Under the pieces are notes generated by a model. That model made no database searches. It saw nothing but the letters and a program-made list of their open reading frames with translations, and was not told the origin of the DNA. A stretch of 64,000 nt of DNA from positions 5,216,001-5,280,000 of the forward strand of contig OZ252100.1 of the NCBI GenBank assembly GCA_965248435.1. Reading direction: 5' to 3'. The position numbers and the translations under genes are program-made. The number at the start of each line of letters is the position of its first letter. Position 1 is the stretch's first letter. Of the stretch, positions 47,324-55,789 are shown one piece after another. Source of the stretch: Candidatus Latescibacterota bacterium (lineage in GTDB: Bacteria; Latescibacterota; UBA2968; GCA-2709665).

Positions 47324-49330
47324 ATGCGGATCTTGAAAATGGACGAGATGGATGCAAAACTGAATTCCTGGTTTCTGGGCCCGAAGGCCGAGAACGCCGA
47401 CATCCTTGAGCGTCTTGTCCTTGAGGCACTCAGGGACTGCGTATTTTGGAGACGGAACTTCCATCCGGAGGATGAATTTCTCGTCCCCGAAAGCGTAAAG
47501 AGAGAAAAAGCGTTCCAGGATTCAGTTGGCCAGATGACGCAGCATTTTCAGAACCTTCTCGCCGACCTGAAGAGGGGGATTCCTTTTTATAGTCCAAGGT
47601 ATATCGGCCATATGTTGGGAGACCAACTACTTCCCGCGGTCCTTGGCTATTTTGCGGCGATGCTTCACAATCCGAACAACGTGAGCCATGAAGGATCGCC
47701 AATGACGTCCAGGTATGAGATAGAGGTCGGGCGACAACTGGCAAGGCTGATGGGCTACGGTGGTGACGCCTGGGGTCACATCACTTCTGGCGGAACGATC
47801 GCAAACTTCGAGGCCCTTTGGGTCGCCAGGAACCTGAAGTACTTACCTTTGGCGGCAAATAAGGTTGCTGAGGACCTTAGACTTGACATAGAAATAAGGA
47901 CCCCAGGTGGAGATACTGGAGATCTCGCTTCTGTGAAAGATGCGTGGGTGCTTTTGAACCTTGATCCTGATGAGGTTCTGGAGATTCTTCCGAGACTGCG
48001 TTCGGCCTATGCGAACAAAAGTCAGGGTTTGACTGAAAGTCAAACAAATAAAGAGATCGAAGTGCGGATGGCCAGGCATTCTATATCCGGCTTGGGGATA
48101 CATCGGTTTTTTTCTGAATCAGGATTCAAGCCTTTGAACCCTGGATTGATACTCATGCCTGCGACGGCGCATTACTCACTGAAAAAGGTTGTTGAGGCAC
48201 TTGGCATGGGCCGGGGACAAATCGAACTCATCCCGATCGACAGTCACTTCAGGATGGACATTGGCTCTTTAAGGGAAAGATTGCGGGATTGCCTGGATTT
48301 GAAGAGACCTGTCATTGCACTGACGTCGGTTGTAGGATCTACAGAGGAAGGGGCAGTAGACCAGATTCATGAAGTTTCTGAAATTCAGGAGGAGTTCAGG
48401 CGCGAAGGACTCAGTTTCTATCACCACTGCGACGCAGCGTGGGGGGGCTATGCAAGAACACTTTTCTGCGAAGAGGATGGAACTCCAGTGAGGCTTGCCG
48501 GAGACATCATGAAATTTATTCGGATCTGGCCCTCTGACGAAATCTTCAAGAGTTTTAGCGCCATTCACACTTCAGACTCTGTAACCATAGACCCCCATAA
48601 ACTTGGATACATACCGTATCCCTGCGGCACCATCGTGTTTCGGAACGATAAAGTAAAAGACCTGATTTCCTTCGACGCTCCCTATATCTTCTCGGACAGC
48701 GGGAACGAAGAGAGCTCGTTTATCGGGCGACATATCTTGGAAGGTTCAAAGCCAGGGGCTGCCGCGGCTGCGTGCTGGCTGGCTCATAAAGTTGTGCCTC
48801 TGGATCAGAGCGGATACGGACAGCTTATCGGAAAGAGCATACAGGGCGCACAGGAGCTGTATTTAAAGTGCGAGAAAGACCTGTCTCTGGAGTTGGCAAG
48901 CTCTGGAATTAAGCTGAGGGTGCTCACCGATCCTCCCGACATTAACCTGATCTGTTTCATCGTAAACACAGACGGGAACTCGTCATTGTCGAGAATGAAT
49001 GAGCTGAATAAAGCCATTTGCGACGAGCTGAAGTTCGATCCAGCTGAAATCACAAAACGGCCCGAATTCATGATTTCGAGTACCGAGTTCATCTACGATC
49101 AATACGGTCTGGAGGGTTTCGACGGAAAGAATAGTATGGACGAACATTTGCAGGTACTCGGAATCTCCTCTAGAGAGTTTGGATCCGTTGGGAGGGTCAG
49201 CGTATTGCGATGCACTATCATAAATCCATGGTTCGCCCTGTCTCGAGGAGGGAAACCCGATTATATAGAAGCGTTTGCAACTACGCTGAAGGCGACGATA
49301 GATCGGGTGGTTTCAAACCTCTCCCCCTAA
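47324..49330 (+). CDS. Group II PLP-dependent decarboxylase, tyrosine-decarboxylase-like (start uncertain, 47294-47348)
   Basis: FLGPKAEN, PRYIGHM, GGTIANFEALW.ARN, DAAWGGY, SVTIDPHK, LEGSKPG. Confidence 0.88.
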   Translation: MRILKMDEMDAKLNSWFLGPKAENADILERLVLEALRDCVFWRRNFHPEDEFLVPESVKREKAFQDSVGQMTQHFQNLLADLKRGIPFYSPRYIGHMLGDQLLPAVLGYFAAMLHNPNNVSHEGSPMTSRYEIEVGRQLARLMGYGGDAWGHITSGGTIANFEALWVARNLKYLPLAANKVAEDLRLDIEIRTPGGDTGDLASVKDAWVLLNLDPDEVLEILPRLRSAYANKSQGLTESQTNKEIEVRMARHSISGLGIHRFFSESGFKPLNPGLILMPATAHYSLKKVVEALGMGRGQIELIPIDSHFRMDIGSLRERLRDCLDLKRPVIALTSVVGSTEEGAVDQIHEVSEIQEEFRREGLSFYHHCDAAWGGYARTLFCEEDGTPVRLAGDIMKFIRIWPSDEIFKSFSAIHTSDSVTIDPHKLGYIPYPCGTIVFRNDKVKDLISFDAPYIFSDSGNEESSFIGRHILEGSKPGAAAAACWLAHKVVPLDQSGYGQLIGKSIQGAQELYLKCEKDLSLELASSGIKLRVLTDPPDINLICFIVNTDGNSSLSRMNELNKAICDELKFDPAEITKRPEFMISSTEFIYDQYGLEGFDGKNSMDEHLQVLGISSREFGSVGRVSVLRCTIINPWFALSRGGKPDYIEAFATTLKATIDRVVSNLSP

Positions 49331-49348
49331 TTCAGAATCTCGATTCTC

Positions 49349-49436
49349 TTGACAACGGCAGCCCCAACGTGCATATTTGATTCAGGGTCGTACTGGCGGA
49401 GATAAGATCTTCGACCGTACGGCTTTTTGTTTTTTT
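49349..49436 (+). promoter_or_regulatory. sigma70 promoter immediately followed by a terminator-like hairpin
   Basis: TTGACA-17-CATATT (49349-49377); hairpin GTCGTAC..CGGAGAT-AAG-ATCTTCG..GTACGGC (49387-49423) followed by a T-tract. Confidence 0.6.
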
Positions 49437-49486
49437 GTGAACGCCAGGTTTCCAATTTCTGCAAGAAGAAACTTTAGGATTGGATC

Positions 49487-49930
49487 ATGAATTTGAATAA
49501 GTTGCTTCGGCCGGATCGAATTCTGCCGGACATCACGAGCGACAAGAAGGTCGGGGCCATAAGGGAATTGGCAGGTCTGCTCGAGGGGAGTGAAGATGTG
49601 CGAGATTTTCGCTCCTTCCTCTCTTTCTTGATCCAGGAGGAAGCGCGTTCAGGAAGTGTTGTCGAGAATGAAGTGGCAATCGTGCACTGCCGTCACGAAG
49701 GGGTGATAGAACCTGCCATATGCATCGGCATGTCAAGCCACGGCATAGCTTTTGCGGCCGAGGAGGCAGTACGGATCCTCGTCTTGATTGCCTGGCCGAG
49801 CAAGCACGAAGATGTCTACCTCAAGGTATTGGGAGAACTGGCCAGACTGCTCCAACAGGAATCTGTGAGGACGCGTCTCCTGACCGGATCGACGGCCGAG
49901 GAGGCCCTCGATTCTCTAACAACTAACTGA
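49487..49930 (+). CDS. PTS EIIA type-2 (PtsN/Ntr-like) domain protein
   Basis: VAIVHCR (cf. IAIPH phospho-His), GIAF, YLKVLGELARLL. Confidence 0.8.
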   Translation: MNLNKLLRPDRILPDITSDKKVGAIRELAGLLEGSEDVRDFRSFLSFLIQEEARSGSVVENEVAIVHCRHEGVIEPAICIGMSSHGIAFAAEEAVRILVLIAWPSKHEDVYLKVLGELARLLQQESVRTRLLTGSTAEEALDSLTTN

Positions 49931-49973
49931 TTTATATTAGGATAGAACCCCTTCCATTCATCCCCTGCATTTC

Positions 49974-50936
49974 ATGGCAGTCATTACGATTTCCAGACAA
50001 ATCGGAAGCAGCGGTGAAGCAATCGCCCGGGGTGTGGCCGAGCACCTGGGGTTTGTCTTTATTGATCGGGCCGGGCTCGAGGACCTCGTGCTCACCTACG
50101 GCCTCGATGAGGTAGACCTTCCCCGGATCCAGGAGCGACCTCCCAACTTCTTGGAGCGTTTATACTCAGACCGGAAGTTGTATCTGCAACTTGTCGAATC
50201 CTTCATTCGAGATACGGCGGAATATGAGAATTTCGTCCTCATCGGGCGGGGAGGTCAGTGCGTCTTCAAGGATTCTGAAAATGCGTTCCACGTTCGGGTT
50301 GTTGCCTCTGAGCGAAACCGAATAGAAAACCTGGTGGAAGCTGAATCACTCGAGAGAGAAAAGGCGCGGAGCAGACTGATTGAAGCAGAGCGAACCCAGC
50401 AACGCTTTGTTGAAACCCTTTACGGAAGAAGCATAGATGACCCGTACCTCTACGATCTTGTGCTACGAACAGATCAACTCGATGTTCGGGCGTGCGTCCA
50501 CCTGATCATCCATGCCGTAGGACAACGATCTCTGACAGTACATCTCCAATCGAAAGATGTGCCCGAGAAAACTTCTGAGGCGGAAGGCGTTGCAGGTTCG
50601 CGGGTAGAAAAAACACACACTTTTGCGAACACGAGCGAAGAAGCGTTCGCAAAGATTCTGGATTTTTATCGGATCCGATGGGAGTATGAGCCAAGAACGT
50701 TTCAGTTGGAATGGGATGAGGAGGGTTTGGTCAAGGAGGCCTTCTCGCCAGACTTCTATCTGGTCGATTCGGATACGTATATCGAACTGACGACGCTGAG
50801 ACAAAGCCTTGTGACCAAAAAAAACCGCAAGTTGCGCCGGCTAAAGGAACTCTATCCGGAGGTCAACGTGCGGATCTTTTACAAGAGGGATTATCAGAAC
50901 CTTCTGATCAAATATGGACTCGTAAAAACAAAATGA
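49974..50936 (+). CDS. Cytidylate-kinase-like protein fused to a PD-(D/E)XK-like domain
   Basis: ITISRQIGSSG, GRGG, YDLVL; C-terminal WEYEP..FSPDFYL...YIELT. Confidence 0.85.
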   Translation: MAVITISRQIGSSGEAIARGVAEHLGFVFIDRAGLEDLVLTYGLDEVDLPRIQERPPNFLERLYSDRKLYLQLVESFIRDTAEYENFVLIGRGGQCVFKDSENAFHVRVVASERNRIENLVEAESLEREKARSRLIEAERTQQRFVETLYGRSIDDPYLYDLVLRTDQLDVRACVHLIIHAVGQRSLTVHLQSKDVPEKTSEAEGVAGSRVEKTHTFANTSEEAFAKILDFYRIRWEYEPRTFQLEWDEEGLVKEAFSPDFYLVDSDTYIELTTLRQSLVTKKNRKLRRLKELYPEVNVRIFYKRDYQNLLIKYGLVKTK

Positions 50937-51124
50937 ACCCCAAGTGACCTTCATCAGTCCTTTGAGATTTCTGCCCTGTTCGACTTCCCCGGTTCTCAGA
51001 AAGAATCCATCCGGATTTCAGTGTTTCCGTCCTGCAACTCCTGCCAACGGATTCTTTCTCCCCGGAAAAGCTCCTCGAACGGGTTTTCGAAGGTTCAAAG
51101 GACTTTAGGACCTCTTGGGGTTCA
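50934..51124 (-). ncRNA. ssrS: 6S-like rod-shaped RNA, copy B (probable ssrS)
   Basis: About 190 nt; terminal stem, TTTGAACC..GGAGC 5' strand, central bubble, apical stem; dedicated sigma70 promoter; covariation with copy A. Confidence 0.65.
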
Positions 51125-51130
51125 AGGGTC

Positions 51131-51159
51131 AATCTATACCAACCCCTGGCGTTTGTCAA
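51131..51159 (-). promoter_or_regulatory. sigma70 promoter of RNA copy B
   Basis: Minus strand TTGACA-17-TAGATT. Confidence 0.75.
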
Positions 51160-51261
51160 GGTTTTTTTATCGCAACTATAACCTTTGTTTCTACACGTTT
51201 ATATGACATTGTAAATATGTGATTTAAATAAATTGAAAACTGCCTAAGAGACGGGAAAACC

Positions 51262-51810
51262 ATGGAAAATGGGGAAAGTCGCGTCCAAAGGATCCTTATC
51301 GAAGCGGAGGCCATCCAACAAAAGGTTTCCGAGCTCGGCCGGCAAATCTCCGAAGACGAGACGGATGCGGCCGATCCACTCGTCCTCATCGGGATTCTAA
51401 AGGGGTCCCTCATATTTCTGGCCGACCTTTCCCGAGCGATCTCCAACCCGATCCAGATCGAGTTTATGTCGATTTCGAGTTATGATGCCAGCCAGAGCTC
51501 GGGTGTCGTCCGAATTCTGAAGGACCTGGATGTTAACATCACAAACCGCCGCGTTCTGATCGTGGAGGGCATCATCGACACTGGACTTACCCTCAACTAC
51601 GTCCTTCGAAGCCTCCAGGCAAGAAGACCTGAAAGTCTGAAAGTTTGCACGCTCCTCGACAAACCCGCACGCCGCTCGGTTGACATCCCGATCGACTATC
51701 TGGGTTTCACGATTCCAGATGAATTCGTTGTCGGCTACGGTCTCGATTTTAACCAGGAGTTTCGAAATCTGCCCTTTATCGGGGTCCTGGACTCGGGCGG
51801 CCACGCTTAG
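51262..51810 (+). CDS. hpt: Hypoxanthine phosphoribosyltransferase (PRPP motif reads VEGIIDTG)
   Basis: GILKGS..FLADL, SSY, IIDTGLTL, LLDK, FVVGYGLD. Confidence 0.9.
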   Translation: MENGESRVQRILIEAEAIQQKVSELGRQISEDETDAADPLVLIGILKGSLIFLADLSRAISNPIQIEFMSISSYDASQSSGVVRILKDLDVNITNRRVLIVEGIIDTGLTLNYVLRSLQARRPESLKVCTLLDKPARRSVDIPIDYLGFTIPDEFVVGYGLDFNQEFRNLPFIGVLDSGGHA

Positions 51811-51910
51811 CAGGTTGTCGCTCGCCAGCGGATCGAATCGTGGGTGGGTATGCAAAGATCGTCTCGCCATTCGTTGATTGAGGATAAGACCGAGGGAGAG
51901 TTCACGAATC

Positions 51911-51976
51911 ACTATATTAGAAATGGTAATATAGTCTATAAAAATACTTGACATATCTCAGATTTTTGACTATGTT
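51911..51976 (+). promoter_or_regulatory. Palindromic operator plus sigma70 promoter of the large ncRNA
   Basis: ACTATATTA-GAAATGG-TAATATAGT (51911-51935); TTGACA-17-TATGTT (51948-51976). Confidence 0.75.
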
Positions 51977-51983
51977 CTTCATT

Positions 51984-52325
51984 GAGGAATGAACAACAAT
52001 TTTGGCAGGCGTCCGAATGGTCTGGAGTTTCGACCGAGAGCTCGCTGTGAGATCGATGCCCCGTTGGCTTCAGCATCCTCCTGCTGATCTGGAATGAATA
52101 TTCCGAGTAGGCGACGATCTCCAATGCTCAACGTTGGAGAGTGGGATCACGGGCGTGAGTTGTGGGCCGGGAACCTGTAACAAAGAGGAGGGTCTATGCC
52201 ACCGGACTGTTTAGCCGGCCGTAATCCTGCAAGATGTCGGTGGATTCTCCCTTACGGCCTACAAAAATTGAGATGAGCAAGTTAAAACGGCCGCGATGAG
52301 TCTTCTCTCGTCGCGGCCGTTCTAT
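51984..52325 (+). ncRNA. Unrecognised multi-stem structured RNA of about 340 nt
   Basis: Bounded by a promoter and a terminator; several stems, closing helix CAATTTT/AAAATTG, possible TCCTCC/GGAGGG pseudoknot; no long ORF on the + strand. Confidence 0.6.
52286..52325. terminator. Intrinsic terminator
   Basis: AACGGCCGCGATGAG / CTCGTCGCGGCCGTT 15-bp stem. Confidence 0.8.
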
Positions 52326-52369
52326 TCGAGATACTGATCGGATAACCGGAATCGTAAATTGAGTATACG

Positions 52370-52437
52370 GTATATATTAGAAATTATAATATATACAATT
52401 AAATTAACTTGCGATTTGGCAAGAATTTGTTTAATAT
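52370..52437 (+). promoter_or_regulatory. Second copy of the palindromic operator plus promoter of the sigma factor gene
   Basis: GTATATATTA-GAAATTA-TAATATATAC (52370-52396); TTGCGA-17-TAATAT (52409-52437). Confidence 0.65.
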
Positions 52438-52565
52438 TTGCGAGAAAGACTTTTGAAGGTTATTTCAAGGGGATAGAATTACTGGTCTGACGGGCGTGAA
52501 CTATGTTGGGGAATGGATAGGCAGAGAAGACAGTATCGCCATAACCCTTTCCTGGATCTCCTGCC

Positions 52566-53429
52566 ATGGCAGATGGTAAACGTGCAGCTGGGGCGAACGC
52601 AGAAGATTCCTTACTCAACTATATGGAGAGCATATCCACATCTCGTCCGCTCTCTCCACGGGAAGAAGCGGCCCTGGCCCGGCGAATCCGAAAGGGCGAT
52701 CTTAGTGCTCGAGACAGGCTGGTCGAAGCCAATCTGAGATTTGTCGTTCGGGTTGCTCGCGAATACCGGAATTTGGGCGCACCCCTTAACGACTTGATCA
52801 GTGCTGGTAACGTTGGATTAATACAAGCAGCAGAACGGTTCGATGAGACCAAGGGATTCAAGTTTATTACTTATGCGGTCTGGTGGATCCGGCAGCAGAT
52901 CATGGAGTCGCTTTCCGATTATCCACGACTGGTGAGACTACCGTCCAACCGGCTTGAGTTACTTCATAAAATAGGCCGTTGTATTAAATCCTCGCAATCT
53001 AAAAGTAACTCTTTGCCATCTAACGAGGAGATCGCTAGAGAGCTGGGAATTACTGTAGGCAAACTTGTGGATACTGTTCTAAAGGGCCGGGACGTGCTCT
53101 CTTTAGATGCTGTATTCGATGGTGCAAACTTCCAAAGTTTGATGGACGTGACGCCTGATCAAACCCAGGAATCGCCGGAGGAACAACTGGCCCGCACCAC
53201 TCGGGACAGCGAGATCCAATCTGCGTTGGGCACATTGGAAGAACGTGAACGAGACGTCCTCTTAATGTACTTCGGCTTGGATGGCAAAGGCAGTAGGACC
53301 CTGAATGACATAGGGTGCGATTTGGGGGTGAGTCGCGAACGTGTGCGCCAGATTAAGGAGAAGGCGCTCATTAAGCTGCGGCATCCAATGCGAGGTCAGA
53401 AGCTCCTGAAATACGCGCTGGAGATGTGA
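52566..53429 (+). CDS. RNA polymerase sigma factor, RpoD/RpoS family, short form without region 1.1
   Basis: LVEANLRFVV, DLISAGNVGL, KFITYAVWWIRQ, GVSRERVRQI. Confidence 0.95.
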   Translation: MADGKRAAGANAEDSLLNYMESISTSRPLSPREEAALARRIRKGDLSARDRLVEANLRFVVRVAREYRNLGAPLNDLISAGNVGLIQAAERFDETKGFKFITYAVWWIRQQIMESLSDYPRLVRLPSNRLELLHKIGRCIKSSQSKSNSLPSNEEIARELGITVGKLVDTVLKGRDVLSLDAVFDGANFQSLMDVTPDQTQESPEEQLARTTRDSEIQSALGTLEERERDVLLMYFGLDGKGSRTLNDIGCDLGVSRERVRQIKEKALIKLRHPMRGQKLLKYALEM

Positions 53430-53561
53430 CCTCAATAGTATCTTAGCGCGACACAATGTCGTGTTCCTGCGGGCGAATAGCCCTGACTGAAGGGGGCGCG
53501 ACACTTTTTTCTAGACAGGTGTAAGTAGCAATCATTCCAGGAAGATAGCGCGCTTCCTCAT

Positions 53562-54128
53562 TCATCTTATCGCCTCCTGCCTGATTACGTCCAGGGACTT
53601 TCGAGCGGACTGTCGGATGAGACGATCCAGGATCCACCCCGGGATGAAAAAGGCAGGTCGGAGTCGAGTGGACAAGTGCAGGCGCTGCCCATCCGGATTC
53701 GACTCCAGCGTCCAGGATGTGTCAAACGTGTGGAAGTCTCCCTCGATTAGTTTGCAGACTATCTGAACTGGCGGTCTCTCCTCGATCCTGCGGACAGCCC
53801 TCACGCGTCTGGAAAAGAAAAGAAAGCGTGCTTTGAGGATTTGCTCGATAACGATGGCGCCGTCCGGATGACGGGCAAGGATCCTGCTTGCTTCGATGTT
53901 GGGTTGGAAAGTCTCCGGGTTGTCATAATCCGTGAGCGCCTTCTACAGGATATCCGAGGTCACAGGGACGTCGATGGTTCCCGTGATGACACGAACTTCG
54001 CCCTCTTTGTGAAGGCTGACGTTGGCTTCGTTTTCTACCTGGGAAGACGGGTCAAGAGGGCAGAGGAGGGTGGTGCATAGAAACAGGATCTTGGGAAGGT
54101 AAAAGGTACCTGGTAAGTGGATCCGCAT
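53562..54128 (-). pseudogene. SRPBCC (polyketide cyclase-like) protein interrupted by an in-frame TAG
   Basis: ORFs 53943-54128 and 53562-53804 are in one frame; reads IL*KALTDYDN where the family usually has W..LTDY. Confidence 0.75.
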
Positions 54129-54188
54129 GGAATCTGGGGTTGGCTCGAGGCCGGCAAGCGGGATTGATCCAATGTTATGTTGACACGT

Positions 54189-54902
54189 TCATGTGAGGCT
54201 CCTGATGAGCAAGGCGATGGCCAGGAGATCCACGCTGTAGACGATCAGTTTCAAGGCTCGCTGCGGTCTCCGAATCAGCTCTTGTGTGGTCGCCTTTTGA
54301 CGGCTGCCGTCTGCGAACTCGAGGGCCGAGATGGGGGCCCCTCTTCTATGACTCTTTACCCAACGGCTGAGAGAGATCTGGACGCCTGCGGTGCCCGAGA
54401 GAGCGGCGGCGATCAGAAGCGTCCAAATCGGGAGATACAGGGCCTGAAGGTAGTAACTGGCGAGAAAAGGAAGACCGGCCCAGCTGACTGAAAACCAGAG
54501 GTCATCGTGGAATCTACCTCTAAACCATTCCAGATTGTAGGAAAAGACGAAGAAAGTTTCGATGACGACGAAGGCGAGAAAGGCGAAGCTGAGTGTAAAG
54601 GCATAGTAGAATCCAATGCCCATCGCCGGGAGGAGTGTGATGGCCGCAAGGAGATAAAGCGTCCGGTTTGAAAATCCGGTTCCCCAGGGGTGTCCTCTGC
54701 TCTCGTCCAGGAAGTGGGCCGTTCCCCCCAAACCCAGGAGATAGGCGACAACCAGCCAGAACAGGCGATCGGCGTGGAATGATGGTGCGAGACATCCCCC
54801 GATGGTCACGAAGGCAAGGACCATAGATGTATAAGGGGGGTGAAGGAGGGTCCAAAGGTCCTTCCACGGGCTTCCGCCTGTTGCATACCAGGCCCCCTTC
54901 AC
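54189..54902 (-). CDS. Polytopic membrane protein, UbiA-prenyltransferase-like
   Basis: Several TM segments, LHPPYT, AHFLDE..G.PW, YNLE; GTGA overlap with the upstream methyltransferase. Confidence 0.65.
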   Translation of the reverse strand: MKGAWYATGGSPWKDLWTLLHPPYTSMVLAFVTIGGCLAPSFHADRLFWLVVAYLLGLGGTAHFLDESRGHPWGTGFSNRTLYLLAAITLLPAMGIGFYYAFTLSFAFLAFVVIETFFVFSYNLEWFRGRFHDDLWFSVSWAGLPFLASYYLQALYLPIWTLLIAAALSGTAGVQISLSRWVKSHRRGAPISALEFADGSRQKATTQELIRRPQRALKLIVYSVDLLAIALLIRSLT

Positions 54903-55609
54903 GGTCGCGTTCCCACGATCAATGTCGCGATCCCGCACGTGAGCGAATGGGATTCAACCTCCTTCAACCCGATTCGGTCCAGCGTCGATATGACCTCCTC
55001 CACACTTTTGAAGTTCATGATCGAGCGCCAGAGGTATTCAAACGTGTCTTCCCACTCAGGGGATATCGCACGGCCGATCGCTGGCAGTCCCTTGCAGAGG
55101 TAGGGGGTGTAGATGCGCGAAACGAGGGGGTTGGCCGGGCGCGTAAAATCGATTGAGATGATCTTCCCTCCCGGACGAACCACGCGAGCCATCTCCGAAA
55201 AGGATCTTTCAAGGGAGGAAAGGTTGCGGAGGGCCAGTCCGATGCTGACCGCATCGAATCGTTCATCAGGAAATGGCAGGCTTTCCGTAACTCCGCATAC
55301 GAGGCTCAGACGGTCATTCCGTCTGCGTCTTTCTCGCACCTGGTTTGCTCGCTCGAGCATCGCAGCAGTGAGGTCCAGGGCAACCACTTTGACGCTTGGG
55401 CCGAGTGCGTCGATCCAATCGAATGCGAAAATTCCAGTTCCGGTGGCCAGATCGAGGATCTGTGCAGGCGGCTTGATCCCCGACTTTCGCATCGCTTTTC
55501 GGCGCCACCGTGCGTCTTGCCGACACGTGAGGACCCTGAGGAACTGATCGTATTCATCAGGAATGCCTGAGAAGAGAGCCCTGAGGAATTCAGCTTTTTC
55601 TTCGAGCAA
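54899..55609 (-). CDS. UbiE/MenG-like SAM-dependent methyltransferase (start uncertain, up to 55708)
   Basis: LDLATGTG, LPFPDERFD, LRN, RVVRPGG, YLWRSI. Confidence 0.88.
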   Translation of the reverse strand: MLEEKAEFLRALFSGIPDEYDQFLRVLTCRQDARWRRKAMRKSGIKPPAQILDLATGTGIFAFDWIDALGPSVKVVALDLTAAMLERANQVRERRRRNDRLSLVCGVTESLPFPDERFDAVSIGLALRNLSSLERSFSEMARVVRPGGKIISIDFTRPANPLVSRIYTPYLCKGLPAIGRAISPEWEDTFEYLWRSIMNFKSVEEVISTLDRIGLKEVESHSLTCGIATLIVGTRP

Positions 55610-55789
55610 CGGTCGGTGCCCCAATTCTTTTTTTGTTGCCAAAATTTTGGAAAGTGACGATAATATGAACTGATCAGGGATATTTGTCAACCTGATCAGG
55701 TGAATCACAAGGTTTTGTTTCCGTTTTTCCGGTTCGTGAGCCGGGGGGCGCTTTGGTGGAAATGTTTCAAACCGAAGGGAGGGAATGAG

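Noticed and set aside
49385-49423. ZTP riboswitch (GTCG..ACTGGCG resemblance)
   Set aside because: Lacks the P2 and the 3' GCC..CGCCTGGGC hairpin; folds as a simple terminator
51984-52325. RNase P, tmRNA or cobalamin riboswitch identity for the large RNA
   Set aside because: No GAGGAAAGTCC on either strand and no tRNA-like ends; GGGAA, CTGTAA and GCCAC occur but not in B12-box context, and the element has its own terminator
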